This document shows positions 11,193-24,949 of a stretch of 64,000 bases of DNA, piece by piece. The position numbers and the translations under genes are program-made. The first letter of the stretch is position 1; every line of letters starts with the position of its first letter. Origin of the DNA: the human T2T-CHM13v2.0 reference genome, Homo sapiens; assembly GCF_009914755.1 (NCBI RefSeq), contig NC_060938.1; one strand, 5' to 3'. The notes beneath the pieces were generated by a model, which saw nothing but the letters and a program-made list of their open reading frames with translations, ran no database searches and was not told where the DNA came from.

Positions 11193-14100
11193 CTTGAGAC
11201 TAGGTACTTTATAAAGAAAAGAAGTTTAATTGGCTCACAGTTCTGCAGGCTATACAGAAAATATGATGGTGGCATCTTCTCGGCTTCTGGGGAGGCCTCA
11301 GGAAACTTACAATCATGGTGGAAGGCAAAGGGAGAATAGGCACATCACATGGCCAGAACAGGAGCAAGAAAGTGAAGGAAGAGGTGATACACACTTTTAA
11401 ATGACCAGACCTCACAAGAACTCACTATTGTGAGGACAGTACCATGAAGGATAGAGCTGGGCCATTCATGAGAAATCCACCCCCATGATCCAATCAGCTC
11501 CCACCAGGCCCTATCTCCAACACTGAAGATTAGATTTCAATATGAGATTTGGGCAGGGACACACATCCAAACTATATCATTCTACCCCTAGCCCCATGCA
11601 AATCTCATGTCTTTCTCACAATGCAACATACAATCCTGCCTTCCCAACAGTCTCCCAAAGTCTTAACTCATTCCAGCATTAACTCAAAAGTGCAACATAC
11701 AATCCTGCCTTCCCAACAGTCTCCCAAAGTCTTAACTCATTACAGCATTAACTCAAAACTCCACAGTCTCATCTGAGACAAGCCAAGTCCCTTCCACCTA
11801 TAAGCCTGTTAAAGCAAAAACAAGTTAGTTACTCCTAAGATACAATGGGATTATAGGCATTGGATAAATACTTCCATTTCTACCAAGAAAAAAAAATCAG
11901 CCAAAAGAAAAAAGCTACAGGCCCCATGAAAGTTTGAAACCTAGCAGGGCAGTTATTAAAACTTACAGCTCCAAAATTATCTCCTTTGACTCCAGGTCCC
12001 AAATCCAGGGCACACTGATGCAAGGGAGTGGGCTTCTAAGGCCTTGAGCAGCTCCACACCTGTGGTTTTGCAGGGTTCAGCCCTCAAGGCTACTCTCATG
12101 GAATGGTCTTGGGTGTCTGTGGCTTTTCCAGGAACAGAGTACAAGCTCTCAGTGGATCTACCATTCTGAGGTCTGGAGGATAGTGGCTATTTTCTCACAG
12201 CTCCACTAGGCATTGCAGCATTGCCCCAGTGGGGACTCTGTGTGGGGTTCCAACTCCACATTTCCCCCTCCACCCTGCCCTAGTAGAGGCTCTCCATGAG
12301 GACTCCACCTCTGCAGCAGGCTTCTGCCTGGATACCCAAGCTTTTCCATACATTCTCTGAAGTCTAGATGGAGGCTCCCAAGCCTCAACTCTTGCATTCT
12401 GTGCACTTAAAGGCTGAACACCACATGGAAGCTGCCAAGGCTTACAGCTTGCACCCTCTGAAGCAGCAGCTCGAGCTGTACCTTAGCCCACTTGAGCCAA
12501 AGCTGGAGCTGTAATGGCCAGGATACAGTGAGCAATGTCTGAGGCTGTGCAGGGCATTGGGGCCCTGGACCTGGCCCACATAACCATTCTGTCCTCCTAG
12601 GCCTCTGGGTCTGTGATGGGAGGGGCTGTCTCTTAGAACTCTGAAATTCCTTTGGGGCCTTTTTCGCATTGTCTTGGCTATCAGCACTTGCCTTCTTTTT
12701 AGTTATGCAGATTTCTCTAGCAAGTGATATAGAAACAGCAAGGGCTGGTTTGCAGCAGTCCACTTGAATTGTTCTACTAAAAATAGGCTTTTTTCCTACC
12801 AAGTGGCCAGGCTGCAGATTTCCCAAACTTATGCTCTGCTTCTCCTTTAAATATAAATTTCAACTTTAAGTCATTTCTTTCCTCTCTCATCTGAGGTAGG
12901 ATGTTAGAAGCAGGCACACCACTTGTTGAACACTTTTCTTCTAAGACATAATATGTGTGACCTTTGCTCCAGTTCTTAATAAGTTCCTCATTTCCATATG
13001 AGACTCTGGAAGCCTGAACTTTATTGTCCATCTGACTATCAGCATATCACTATCAGTATTTTGGTCACAACCATTTAACCGGTCTCTAGGAAGTTTCAAA
13101 CTTTTCCCATCATCATGTCTTCTGAGCTCTCCAAACTCTTCCAACTTCTTCCTGTTCCCCAGTTCCAAAGTCACTTTCACATTTTTGGGTATTTATAGCA
13201 ATGTCCCACTCCTCAATACCAATTTTTCTATATTAGGTCATTTTTGCATTACTATAAAGAAATACCTGAGACTGGGTAATTTCCAAAGAAAAGAGGTTTA
13301 ATTGCCTCACAGTTCTGCAGGCTGGAAACATGATGCTGACATCTGTGTGGCTTCGGGGGATGCCTCAGGAAATTTACAATCATGGTTGAAGGCAATGGAG
13401 GAGCAGGCATGTCACATGGCCAGAGCAGAAGCAAAAGAGGGAGGGGGAAATGCTACACACTTTTAAACAACCAGATCTCATGAGAACTCACTATCACAAG
13501 GACAGTACCACAGGGGTGGTGCTAAACCATTCATGAGAAATTCATCCTCATCATCCAGTCACCTCCCACCAGGCCCCACTTTCAACACTGGGGACTACAT
13601 TTCAGTATAAGATTTGAGCAGGAATACACATCCAAACTATATCAGCCAACTAAAGGCTATTCCAGCATGCATAATCCACTTACAAGAAGAAAGTAGTGTG
13701 TAGAGATTCACATTTTGAACTTTTATCCAAGAAGGAACATGGGAGTTCAATGGAAAAGTCTAAGAAAATGTCAGGTCCTGGGAAAGAGACAGGTCTGGCT
13801 GAAAACTATGAGTGAATCCCTGGCACAAGAAAGGGTGAGTGTCTTTGAAGTCCACTTCCCCACTGGGGAATCATGCAATCCAGCCTATAGGAGAGCACCT
13901 TGATTCTTCCAAACCCTGGATCTAACTTAAGAAGAGGCCAGGAGCTATAGGAGGAGTGGCTCAGGGAAGTATCCTACAGACACTCCAAGACCTGGGCACC
14001 TATAGAAGGATATCATTCTTGATCCTATTTTAGAGCAAGCTGTCTGCAATCCTGGGAGCTAAAAGCAGTGGCAGCCATTGGCATCAGAGAGACATAGGCT

Positions 14101-15310
14101 ATAGATTGGAGATCTGGGACTGGAGCAAAAAAGGGTCTCCTCTAGCCAGACCTGAGACGCAAATGTGGTGTGAGCTCCAGCTGCTGGTGTAGGAATTGGG
14201 CAGCCCCCCATCACGGGGTTAGAGCAGGGAGAGAGTTGCTGGGGAGGCATGGTTTTGACCCAGGCAGCAAGGTTTACAGCTTGGGACAGTTTTGTGCACT
14301 GGAAGCAAATTGCAGCAATAAACTAACTGTCCTGACTGGCTGCCACAGTCAAAACAAGGGAATGAACTCTGCCAGTTATGGGAGTCAGAGGAAAGCAGTA
14401 CCCACTCCTGCTTGCTAGGCTGTGGTGCTAGGACTGCCCCTCCCTCCCCATGCTAAGACCTTGGTGCAGCAGCAGTTGCTCTGCTCCTTGCCCAGGCATT
14501 TCTCTAGCAGTCTGAGGACTGCTCCCTATCCCTGTCAGGGTCAGCACTTGTGCCTGCCACAGGGGGCCCAAGTGCAGGCTGGACCAGTCCAGCTTTTCCC
14601 AGCTTCACCCCCCACTCCAAGACAAAGCATGGAGAAAGACCACTGAGCATTTCATGGCCCATCCATCAAGAAAGACCACTGAGCATTTCACAGCCCATTC
14701 CATCACCAGGGACACCTGAACACTTCTACAAGTTAACAGAAGTCAGACATATATCCTACTGCTTCCATCACAGCTGGCTCTTACCTGCAAGTGTCATCTA
14801 CTGATCTGTAGGTCCACCTGCACAGTCTGTTAAAACATCTGCTGGCACAGTATGCAGTGCTTAGGAAAAAGATAAGCTTCTTGTGGCCTCTGCTACCACC
14901 ACCACCCAGGCCACCCTAGCTAGTCAGGAGGTCATGAGCTGTCTTACTTCCTTGGTACACCATACTATAACCAGCACTTGAGAAAGCCACCACACTAAAG
15001 GTATATAGAACCAAGAAATCATACAGGATTTTTGTCACTGAATGCACCAAGAAGCAAAGCCAAATGGCCCTACTCAAAATACATCACAGTCCCATCCTCA
15101 AGAAAAAAAGGTCCTTCCCCAATGAAAGTAAATTTAAAATAAGAAGCAGCAACAGTTTTTCCAGATGCACAGAAATCTAAATAAAGATACACAAAGCATG
15201 GCATGGTATTATGACAGCCACAAAGGAATAAAGTAATTCTCTAGCAATGAATCCTAACCAAAAAGAAATCCTCAAAATGCCATATAAGGAATTCAGAATA
15301 TTGATTTTAA

Positions 15311-15610
15311 GGCAGGGTGTAGTGGCTCACACCTGTAATCCTAGTATTTAGGGAAGCCAAGGCAGGAGGATTGCTTGAGGCCATAAGTTCAAGGCCAGGC
15401 ACAGTAATAGAGAGACCCTGTCTTTACAAAAAAAAAAAAAAATTAATTAGCCAGTCATGATGGTGCATGCCTGTAGGCCTAGCTCCTCAGGAGGCTGAAG
15501 TGGGAATATTGCTTGAGCCCAGGTGTTTGAGATTGCAGTGAGCTATAATCATGCCAATGCACTCTAGCCTTGGTAATAGAGTGAGACTCTGTCTCTAAAA
15601 ACCAATACAG
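15311..15610 (+). mobile_element. AluJ inserted in L1 ORF1
   Basis: GGAGGATTGCTTGAGGCC and TTGCTTGAGCCCAGG...AGTGAGCTATAATC J-type motifs; highly diverged. Confidence 0.9.
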
Positions 15611-15967
15611 AGAAATTTTTTTAAAAAATGAATTCAGAATATGAATGAAAAATTTGCAAAGGAGATAGATATCTTTCCGTGTAAAGACAGAACATATAAA
15701 AATGAAAAATTAATTGAAGGAATTACAAAATATATTGAAAGCTTCAACAAAAGACTAGACCAAGCAAAAGAAAAAAATCTTATAACTTGAAAATAGGTCA
15801 TTTGAGTTAACCCTGTCAGATAAAAATAAAGAAAATATAATTTTAAAAGAATAAGGCTTTCAAGATATATAGGAATACATAAAGGGACCAACTTTAGTAA
15901 TCTAAACATTATTCCTGAGGAGGAGGAAAAAGAAAAAAGTTCAGAAAACATATTTAAGAAAATAATC

Positions 15968-16270
<303 letters not shown>

Positions 16271-17850
16271 AAAGTAATCAACAAAAACTTTCCTAGCCTA
16301 GGAAGAAATTTAGACATTCAAATAGAGGAGGCTCAGCAATCCCCAGAAAATAAATTGCAAAATTGACTTCACCATGCCATATGGTCATTAGACTGTCTAA
16401 AGACAATATGAAGGAAAGCATTCTAAAGTCAGTAGGAAAGAAGCATTTAGTCACCTATAAAGGAAACCCCAAAAGAAGACTTCTCAGCAGAAACTTCACA
16501 AGCCAGAAAAGAATGGCGTGGGGTTTTCAAAGTGCTGAAACAAACAAACAACAACAACTAAAAAACCTGTAAATCAAGAATTTTATGTTCATCTAGATTA
16601 AGCTTTATAAATGAAGGACAAATAAAATCTTTCCCAGACAAGCAAACATTGAGATAATTCATCACCACTAGTCCAGTCCTACAAGAAATGCTCAAAGGAG
16701 TCCTAAACATGGAAAAGAAAGGTTGATATGTGCTATAATAAAAACACACAAAAATATAAAACTCAAAGTCGTATAAAACAATCACACAAAGGAGGAAGAC
16801 AGAGGAATCAACTGGCAACATGAGAAAATTTTACCAAGGCACAAAGAAAAACAGAGAAAGAATTTAGAAAACAATTAGATAACAAGAATATGACAGCAAA
16901 AACAAAACTCACATATCAATATTAACCTTGAATGTAAATGGATTACATGCTTCATTTAAAAGATATATATTGACAGAATGAATTTTAAAAACATGAGCCA
17001 ATAATATGCCACTTACAAGAAACTCACCTTATCTCTAGAGAGACATTTAGACTAAAAATAAAAAGACATTCTATGCAAACAGAAACCACAAGCAAGCAGC
17101 AGAGGTATACTTATGTCAGACAAAACAGACTTTAGATCACAAACAGTAAAAAAAAAATGATAAAGAAGTGTATTATATAATGATAAATGGATCAATTCAA
17201 CAAGTAGATATAATAATACTAAATATATATGCACCCAACAGCTGGAGCACCCAGATTCATAAAACAAATATTACTAGACCTAATGAAAGCGATAGCTAGT
17301 AATACAATAATATTAAGGAACATCAACACCCCACTCACTGCACTAGACACTTTACTGAGACAGAAAATCAATGAAGAAACACTGGATTAAATTGGACTTT
17401 TGACCAAATAGACCTGACAGCCACTTACAGAACATGCTACCCAACAACTGCAGAATATACATTCTTTTCATCAGCCCATAGAATATTCTCCAAGATAGAC
17501 AATATCTTAGGGCACAAAACAAGTCTCAAGAAATTTCTAAATATTGAAATCATATCGTCTCAAGAAATTTCTAAATATTGAAATCATATTCTAAATATCA
17601 AATCATATCAGACTATAGTGGAATAGAAGTATCAATACCAACAGGAACTCCAGAAACTACACAAATATATAGAAATAAACCAATATGCTCTTAAATAACC
17701 ATTAGGTCAATAAAGAAATTAAGATGAAAATTTTTAAAATTTTTGAAATAAATGAAAATAGAAACACAATATACCAAAACCTTTGGGATGCAGCAAAAGT
17801 AGTGCTAAAGGCAGGTTTATAGTGTTAAATGCCTACATCAAAAAATAGAA

Positions 17851-19170
17851 GGTAGAATCTTCATTCCGAAGGCTACAGTGTATAAACATTATATAAATTT
17901 GTATGCCTTTTATTCTATTAAACAATCTGACTCATGTCGTTGATTTTTCAGTGAACCTTCAGAAGACCAAAAGGAAAGCTCTCTGTTGGCTCCCACAGTT
18001 ACGGCACAGCAAGCAGGGTACCTCCAAAGCCATTCTGATCTTATGAAGGCCACAGTGAAGAGATCCCAGGATCCTAACAAGCCAGTAAAAGTTAAGAACT
18101 TATAAATCAGGCTCCTAGACTTACTCTGTGAAATCTGGTTGAATGGATGGTAAAAATGACTGTTTTGTCTCAAGGTTTTGATTAAAGGGAAAAAAGGATT
18201 TGTGTGACTAGTTTTGGGGTGTAGTGACTCTAGTGTGCTTTTGGTACTTTGTGGTATAAATATTCATATTGTTTGATTCCTTTCACTTCAGAAATAGCCT
18301 TTTTGTTGCTGTTTTCCTTGGCTTTGTCTTTCTGTGGTGTTCTGCATAAAGAGGGGAACCATACGCTAATACCCGGTCCTAGAATCCCTACAAGCCCACT
18401 GTTTGAGCTAGCCCTGTAAACTATTCAGTTTTAGTATTCTGACTACACCAGTGTCTGTTAAGACAAACATTGCTGTGGGCTCCTAAAATAAAAACCAGGC
18501 GAAAGTCTCCTCTCACCATATTTTATGTCCTTGAGAGCTTGACTGGTGACTAAGTGTGGATATTCTTTTTCTTGGTCTCTGCCATCCAGAGGGCATGATA
18601 TTTCAGGTAACATCATGCAGATAGTCTGAAAAGATTGGGAGTCCAAAACACATTTTTCATACTGAACCAGCATATATCTCATATATATTGATTGATGTCT
18701 TATGTCTTCCTAAAACATATAAAACCAAGCTGTAACCCAACTATCTTAGGTACATGTTCTCAGGACCTTTTGAGACTGTGCCTCAGGCCATGGTCGCTTA
18801 CACATGGCTCAGAGTAAATCTCTCCAAAAATATTACAGAGTTTGGCTTTTTCATCCACATCATAAATTAAATAACTAGCCCCAATACTTTTCAAGTTCAT
18901 GAGACTTTAATAATCTTGGTAAATAAAACTAGTTTCAAAATTCTCTGTAGTAATTTAAAATATTAAGATCATGTTATGTTAAACTAAGTAATCCTAGGTT
19001 TTTCTCTGAAAATTAGAGGTTATTAAGAGTTAAAATAGTTGTATATGTAATTAAAACTACTAAATATAAGAGAACCAATTGATGTACAATGTATATAAGT
19101 AAATGTGTTTTTGGTAAAAAAATAAAATTATAAAACATATTGGAATGTGTGTTTGGTGAAAAGGAAACTA
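17851..19170 (+). mobile_element. MER4-group ERV1 mosaic: LTR 3' end (~17851-17997), internal, MER4-type LTR 3' end (~18680-18858), internal
   Basis: ATAAATTTGTATGCCTTTT...CAGTGAACCTTCAG...CTCCCACA; ATATAAAACCAAGCTGTAACCCAAC...TTCTCAGGACC...TACAGAGTTTGGCTTTTTC, the latter similar to 36840-36985. Confidence 0.7.
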
Positions 19171-19172
19171 AA

Positions 19173-20532
19173 CGCTCCTATTCAACATAGTACAAGAAGT
19201 CCTAGCCAAAGCAATCAGGCAAGAGAAAGAAACTTAAGACATCTAAATAGGAAAAGAGGAAAAATTATCTTTGTTTGCTGATGACATGGTCACACACTTA
19301 AAAAACCCTAAAGATTCCTTCAAAGGAATTCTAGACCTGATAAATGACTTTAGTAAAGTTTCAAGATACAAAATTAATGCACAAAAATTAGTTGCATTTC
19401 TCAACAATGCTCAAACTGAGAACCAAATCAAGAATTCAATCCCATTTACAATTGCCACACACATAAAATATCTAGCAGTAAATTTAACCAAGGCAGTGGA
19501 AGACCTCTAAAAGGAGCACTATAAAACACCAATGAAAGAAATTATAGATGATACAAACAAATGAAAAAATATCCCATTCTCCTGGATTGGAAGAATTAAT
19601 ATCATTAAAATAACTACACTGCCCAAAGCAAGCTACATATTCAACGTAATTCTTATCAAATTACCAATATCATTTTTCAAAGAATTAGAAAAAACAATTC
19701 TAAAATTCATATGGAACCAAAAAAAAAAAAGCCTGAATAGCCAAAGAAATCTAAAACAAAAAAGAAAAAAGCTTGAAGCATCACAGTATCCAACTTCAAA
19801 CTACACCACACAGTTATAGTAGCCAAAGCAGCATTATACTTGTACAGAAATTGACCCATAAACCAATGGAACAGAGTAGAGGATCCAGAAATACAGCCAG
19901 ACATCTACAACCAACTGGTCTTCAACAAAGTCAACAAAAATAAACAGGAGGAAAGGATATCCTATTCAATAAATGGTGCTAAGAAAACTAGCTAGCCATA
20001 TGCAGAAGAATGGAATTGGACACCTACCTCTCACCATATATAAAAATTAACTCAAGATCAACTAAAGACTCAATCCATGTATGACCTCAAACTATAAAAA
20101 TCCTAGAAGAAAACCTAGGAAAATCTCTTCTGGACGTTGGCCTAGGCAAAGAATTTATGACTAAGACCTCAAAAGCAAATGCAACAAAAACAAAAATAGA
20201 CAAATGGGACTTCATTAAACTAAAGAGTTTCTACACAGCAAAAGAAATGATCAATGAAGTAAACAGACAACCTATGGAATGGGAGAAAATATTTGCAACC
20301 TATGCATCTGGCAAAGGACTAATATCCAGAATCTATAAACACTTAAATAAATCAACAAGATAAAAACAAATAATCCCATTAAAAAGTGAGCAAAGGACAT
20401 GAACAGACACTTTTCAAAGGAAGGCATACAAGCAGCCAAGAAACATTTTTAAAAATGCTAAATATCACTATCAACAGAGAGATGCAAATTAAAACTGTAA
20501 TGAGATACCATCTTCCACCAGTCAGAATGGCT
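19173..20532 (+). mobile_element. L1 ORF2 RT/C-terminal region, probably continuing the 13645 element
   Basis: FADDM motif at 19271; [16 protein letters not shown]; MRYHLPPVRMA; ends abruptly with no 3'UTR. Confidence 0.9.
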
Positions 20533-21169
20533 TCCTGCTTTCTGAATCCTCCCTGTTACACTGCACAGATGTAGCCAAAGGTGCCAGTTTCTCTCAAATT
20601 TGGACTAAAACACTCATCATAGTTACAAATCTTTCCTCCAATCTGGTGCTGGGAATGATATGCACCATCAATCTCCTCTTCTCTCTAGGGCTTGCCAAAG
20701 ATCAAAAAAAAAAAAACTTATAACTGTAAATTACTCTCAGTGTTGACACATTCTGAAACTGTCTGTGTGCATCAGGAAAGAAGGAAAGCTCAGTTGCTTC
20801 TAAGAAAAAAAAATGCATGTTTTTCATGCTCAGGGCCTTCCTCCTGAAAATCAAATTGGAAAACACCATTTCGAAAGGCACATTCAAAGACGGGAACAAT
20901 CTGTGAAAGGAAAAATAGCTACTAGAAGCAAGTAAAAATTCTATGCTTTGGATCTTTGAAAACAAGATAAAAGCACTTTTCAAAGCAACAAAATCTGAGG
21001 AACTCAGAAAAAATTGAAGTCAGTTATGATTCTGATTTGTCAACACTCTTCTTATAAGAGGAAGCTGGAGTTAATTTTTTAAATATTGCCTTTGCCCATT
21101 ATATAGGAAGAAGGGTTTGAGTTTTTTCTTCCGTAATGTGCCTATAGAAGCTATATTGCAAGCAAGATC

Positions 21170-21480
21170 CCATTGTCTATAGAATAAAGGCCAAAATCCT
21201 TGGTACAGTTTACAAAGCTCTTCATGATCTGGCCATTGCCCAGCTTTCTGGCCATATCTACCCCCATAACCCCATATGCATCTTTTGCTCCAGCTGTACT
21301 GCATATTAGCAATTTTTCAGATTTTCCATATTCAGGTCTCTGCACATATGTTTCTTGCTATTTTTGGAATGCTCACCTCTCCCACTCCACTGTCTAGCTA
21401 ACATCATTTTTCCTCCAAAACTCACTGTAAGTGTCATCTACTAGAAATTTTCCCTGAATCCTATAGGATGAAGCAAGTCT
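21170..21480 (-). mobile_element. L2 fragment
   Basis: CCAAAATCCTT...AAAGCTCTTCATGATCTGGCC...TGGAATGCTC...CTAGCTAAC pattern of L2 3' region. Confidence 0.55.
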
Positions 21481-22714
21481 ACCTCTCTTCTTAATGTTTT
21501 CTGTACTGTCTATGTTAATGCATACACTCAGTAAACTTAAAGCCAGAAAGTCACCTAATGGCACAGTGATTTTAATCTATTATCCCTGAATGTACTGAAT
21601 AGACTGAATCTACAGAAGGATTTTTTAAAACTACCTACAGCAGGTGTTTGGCAAATATGAATATCCAAGAATAGTTTTATAAAGAACATATAATACCAAG
21701 AACGTTAAAAATTAATTATTATATATTTTAAATTATACTGAGGTTTATATTCTTCCATATGTCTTTGAATCAATTCATTTTATTTATTTATAATCATTGA
21801 TTTATAAGTACACAGCAACTTCATACCCTTGAAAATATTATTTTCTAGTTTAAACTCTTATAGCTTACAGAAAATATAACCCAACATTTAAATGCATCTA
21901 GTAGTGAATCAAATTTATTAAAGCAATCATAATCTTATGTATGCTTGTACACTGTACTTTGTTAAATAAGGCATCTCTTGAACAATCAATTACATGTGGA
22001 TCATCACAAAAAGCTGCTGGAATGGTGGGAGTTCATTAAAATGAACAAAATTCCTGTCTGAAATGTGTTTTAAGCAGGGGTTTAGAAGATAGAGGGAATA
22101 TGCTTTTCTTACGGACAGGAGTGATAAATACTGCAAAATAGTGTATCAGTATGATTATTTGCAAGTAAATATTGGTGAATTGTATATGGCAGTGAATTCT
22201 GCTTTGCTGAAGAAATATAAATAATTTTGTTAATTTCTACTATATCATTTCTACTACACAGTAGAAATTATAAACTAGTAGATAGTAGTAGAGGAATACA
22301 AATTTAGGGTTGGAGGGAATAGTATGTGAGCTTGGAGTGGAAGGTGGGGATGAGACAGAGATCCTAGGTGACAATCGAAGAAGTTTTGGGGATAAGAGTA
22401 AAGCTCTATTTGATCGAATTAAGCAATTGGAAGTCACCTCAGCTTCTAAGAAAAAAAATGATACTATCAAAAGAAAGATTATTATAACTATGAGAAGCAT
22501 GAAGGATAAGGAGGTAGGTAGGCAAGAGATTGTTTAGGAACAAAGCTTTGGAGGAGGAGGGAAGAAGAAAGAGAAGATCTGTGAAATATTTCCATAAGAA
22601 ATATTCCATGGAATAATCAAGGATTATTCCATGGTTGCATTCAGGAGGCTCAGAATTCTAGTGACCAGCAACAATAAAAATGGTTAAAGGTTTGAAGAGG
22701 ACCCAAGATGTAGG

Positions 22715-23270
22715 GCAGATTCAATATTGAAACATGTCAATCTTTCTTAGAATATAATATAAATTTATTTTAGATCAAATAAAATCCCAAAGGAAATTTG
22801 GAAAGGGGGTGTAGGGGAGCAGAGTTGATAAGACAAAGTGGTTCTAATAGTCAGCTGGAATAATAAATTGGCAAAAAATTGTCAACAACACAACTTTAAG
22901 GAATAATGAGAGGAAAGTTTATTTTCTAACTATTAGAGGTTTTTATAATGTTAAAACAATAAGTTAAAAAAGTAATGTGATATCTGTTACAAGAATTGGT
23001 ATATATAATTATATAAAAGAATAGAAAGCCTAGAAGAATCAACTGTATATGTAAAAATACAGTGTTCTATTAAGTGGTATTTCAAACAAATAGAGAGAAA
23101 TAAAGTATTCAGTAACTAGGGCTAGAATAATTGGTTAACTATTTTAAAATAAAAAGATTTCTCCTTCATATCATATGCCAAAATAAATGTGTTAGATTAA
23201 AAGGCTAAATGTAAAACACACACACACACTCAGACACACACATGAACAAAAGAAAATATAGGTAAAATTA
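22715..23270 (+). mobile_element. Ancient L1 (L1ME-like) ORF2 fragment
   Basis: Diverged GAATAGAAAGCCTAGAA, ATCATATGCCAAAATAAAT, AATAATTGGTTAACTAT motifs. Confidence 0.55.
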
Positions 23271-23279
23271 TTTTTGTTT

Positions 23280-24857
23280 TAAAAAGAGAGACAACAAAAC
23301 TGACAAACTTCTAGCTAGACTGACCAAAAAGAGAGGATTCAAATTACAAAAATTAGAACAGAAAGAGGGAACATTACTACCAACCTATAAAAATAAAAAG
23401 GATTATAAAGGAATTATATGAACAATTGTATGCCAATAAATTAGATTAAATGTTCAGTTTCCTAGAAAGACACAAATTATCTAAACTGACTCAAGAAAAA
23501 AATAGACAATCAGAATAGATCTATAATAAATAAAAAGATGGAATTAGTAATCAAATTGTTACCTACAAATAAAAACTCAGATCCAGATTGCTTTACTGAT
23601 GAACTCTAACAAGCATTTAAAGAAGAATAAATACAAATTCTCACAAACTCTCCCACCCAAAAATAAAAAAGGGAGACTACTTCCTAACACATTCTATAAG
23701 GCCAGTCATCTGGTCATCTAATAGAAGTAGAAAAAGCATTTGATAAAATCCAACACTCTTCTAATGATAGAAACATTTAACAAGCTATAAATAGAAGGAA
23801 ACTTCTGCAACCTGGTATATTAGAAAATCCACAATTAACATACTTAATGGTGAAAGGCGGATTGCATTCCCCTTAAGATTAAGAACAAAATAAGGATGCT
23901 CGTTCTCACTTCTTCTATTTAACATTATACTAGGGGTTCTAGAAATGGCAATTAGGCAAGCAAAAGAAATAGATGTTATCCAGGTTGGAAAGGAAGAAGT
24001 AAAACTGTCTGTATTCATAGGTGATTTAATCTGGCATATAGAAAATCCTAAGGAATCTACAAAAAAAAAAAGAAAGATAAAAACTGTGTATTAGAACTAG
24101 CTAATGAGTTCAGCAAGGTGGCAAGATATAAGACCAATATACAAAAATCAATCATATTTCTATACACTTGGAATTAATAACCTAACAATTAAGAAAATAA
24201 CCCCATGACACAAAAAAGAACAAAATGCTTAGAAATAAATTTAACAAAAGATGTGCCAAATTTATACTGTGAAATCTCCAAAATGTTGTTGAAAGAAATT
24301 AAGGAAGATCTAAATTAATAGAAAATCATCTCATGTTCATAAATCAGAAATTTAATACTTTTAAGATGGCAGCGCTCCCCAAATTGATCTACAGCTTCAA
24401 TGAATCCCTATTAAATTGATTCAACTGACTTCTTTGTAGGAATTGACAAGTTGATTCTAATATTCATATGGAATTTTAAGGGATCCAAAATAGCCAGAAC
24501 AATCTTGGAAAAGCTAAAGTGGGAGGACTCACATTTCCCAATTTCAAAACTTAGTAAAAAGCTACAATAATCATGAATAAGAGTGTGGTACTGACATAAG
24601 GATAGACATATAGATCAATTGAATCAAATTCAAAGCCCGAAAATAAACTCAAGTGTCTATGGTCAATTGATTTTCCGCTAGGGTGCCATGATCATTCAAC
24701 AGGGAAAGAACAGTCTTTTAAACTAATGGTGCTGGGACAAGTGGATAGGTATCTACTTGTGAAAGAATGAAGTTGAATCCTTACCTCACACCTCTTATAC
24801 CAATTAACTAAAAATGCATCAAAGAAACAAAATGTAAGACCTAAAACTATAAAACCA
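23280..24857 (+). mobile_element. L1M (MB/MC-like) ORF2 fragment, resumes at 32003
   Basis: GAAAAAGCATTTGATAAAATCCAACA, GGAAAGGAAGAAGTAAAACTGTC; breaks after CTAAAACTATAAAAC. Confidence 0.85.
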
Positions 24858-24949
24858 TTTTTATCATTTTATTATTTATTAAGAACTTTGATTAGTTTAC
24901 ATTAAGTGCAATGTTTGCATTAAGCTTTTTGGACAATATTCTTTTTTGG

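Larger units (their letters stand above)
10229..13644 (-). mobile_element. Complete MSTA-like MaLR provirus: LTR 10229-11579 (interrupted by L1), internal 11580-13228, LTR 13229-13644
   Basis: Two LTRs, both starting TATTAGGTCATT and ending ACACATCCAAACTATATCA, enclosing MST-int sequence. Confidence 0.9.

Noticed and set aside
10848-11339. Longest ORF in the window (163 aa)
   Set aside because: Readthrough of L1 3'UTR, (TA)n (YIYIYI) and MST LTR; not a gene.
20533-22700. Repeat-poor stretches (also 44-47.5 kb) as possible exons or enhancers
   Set aside because: No convincing splice-bounded coding frame or recognisable motif cluster; needs conservation or expression data.
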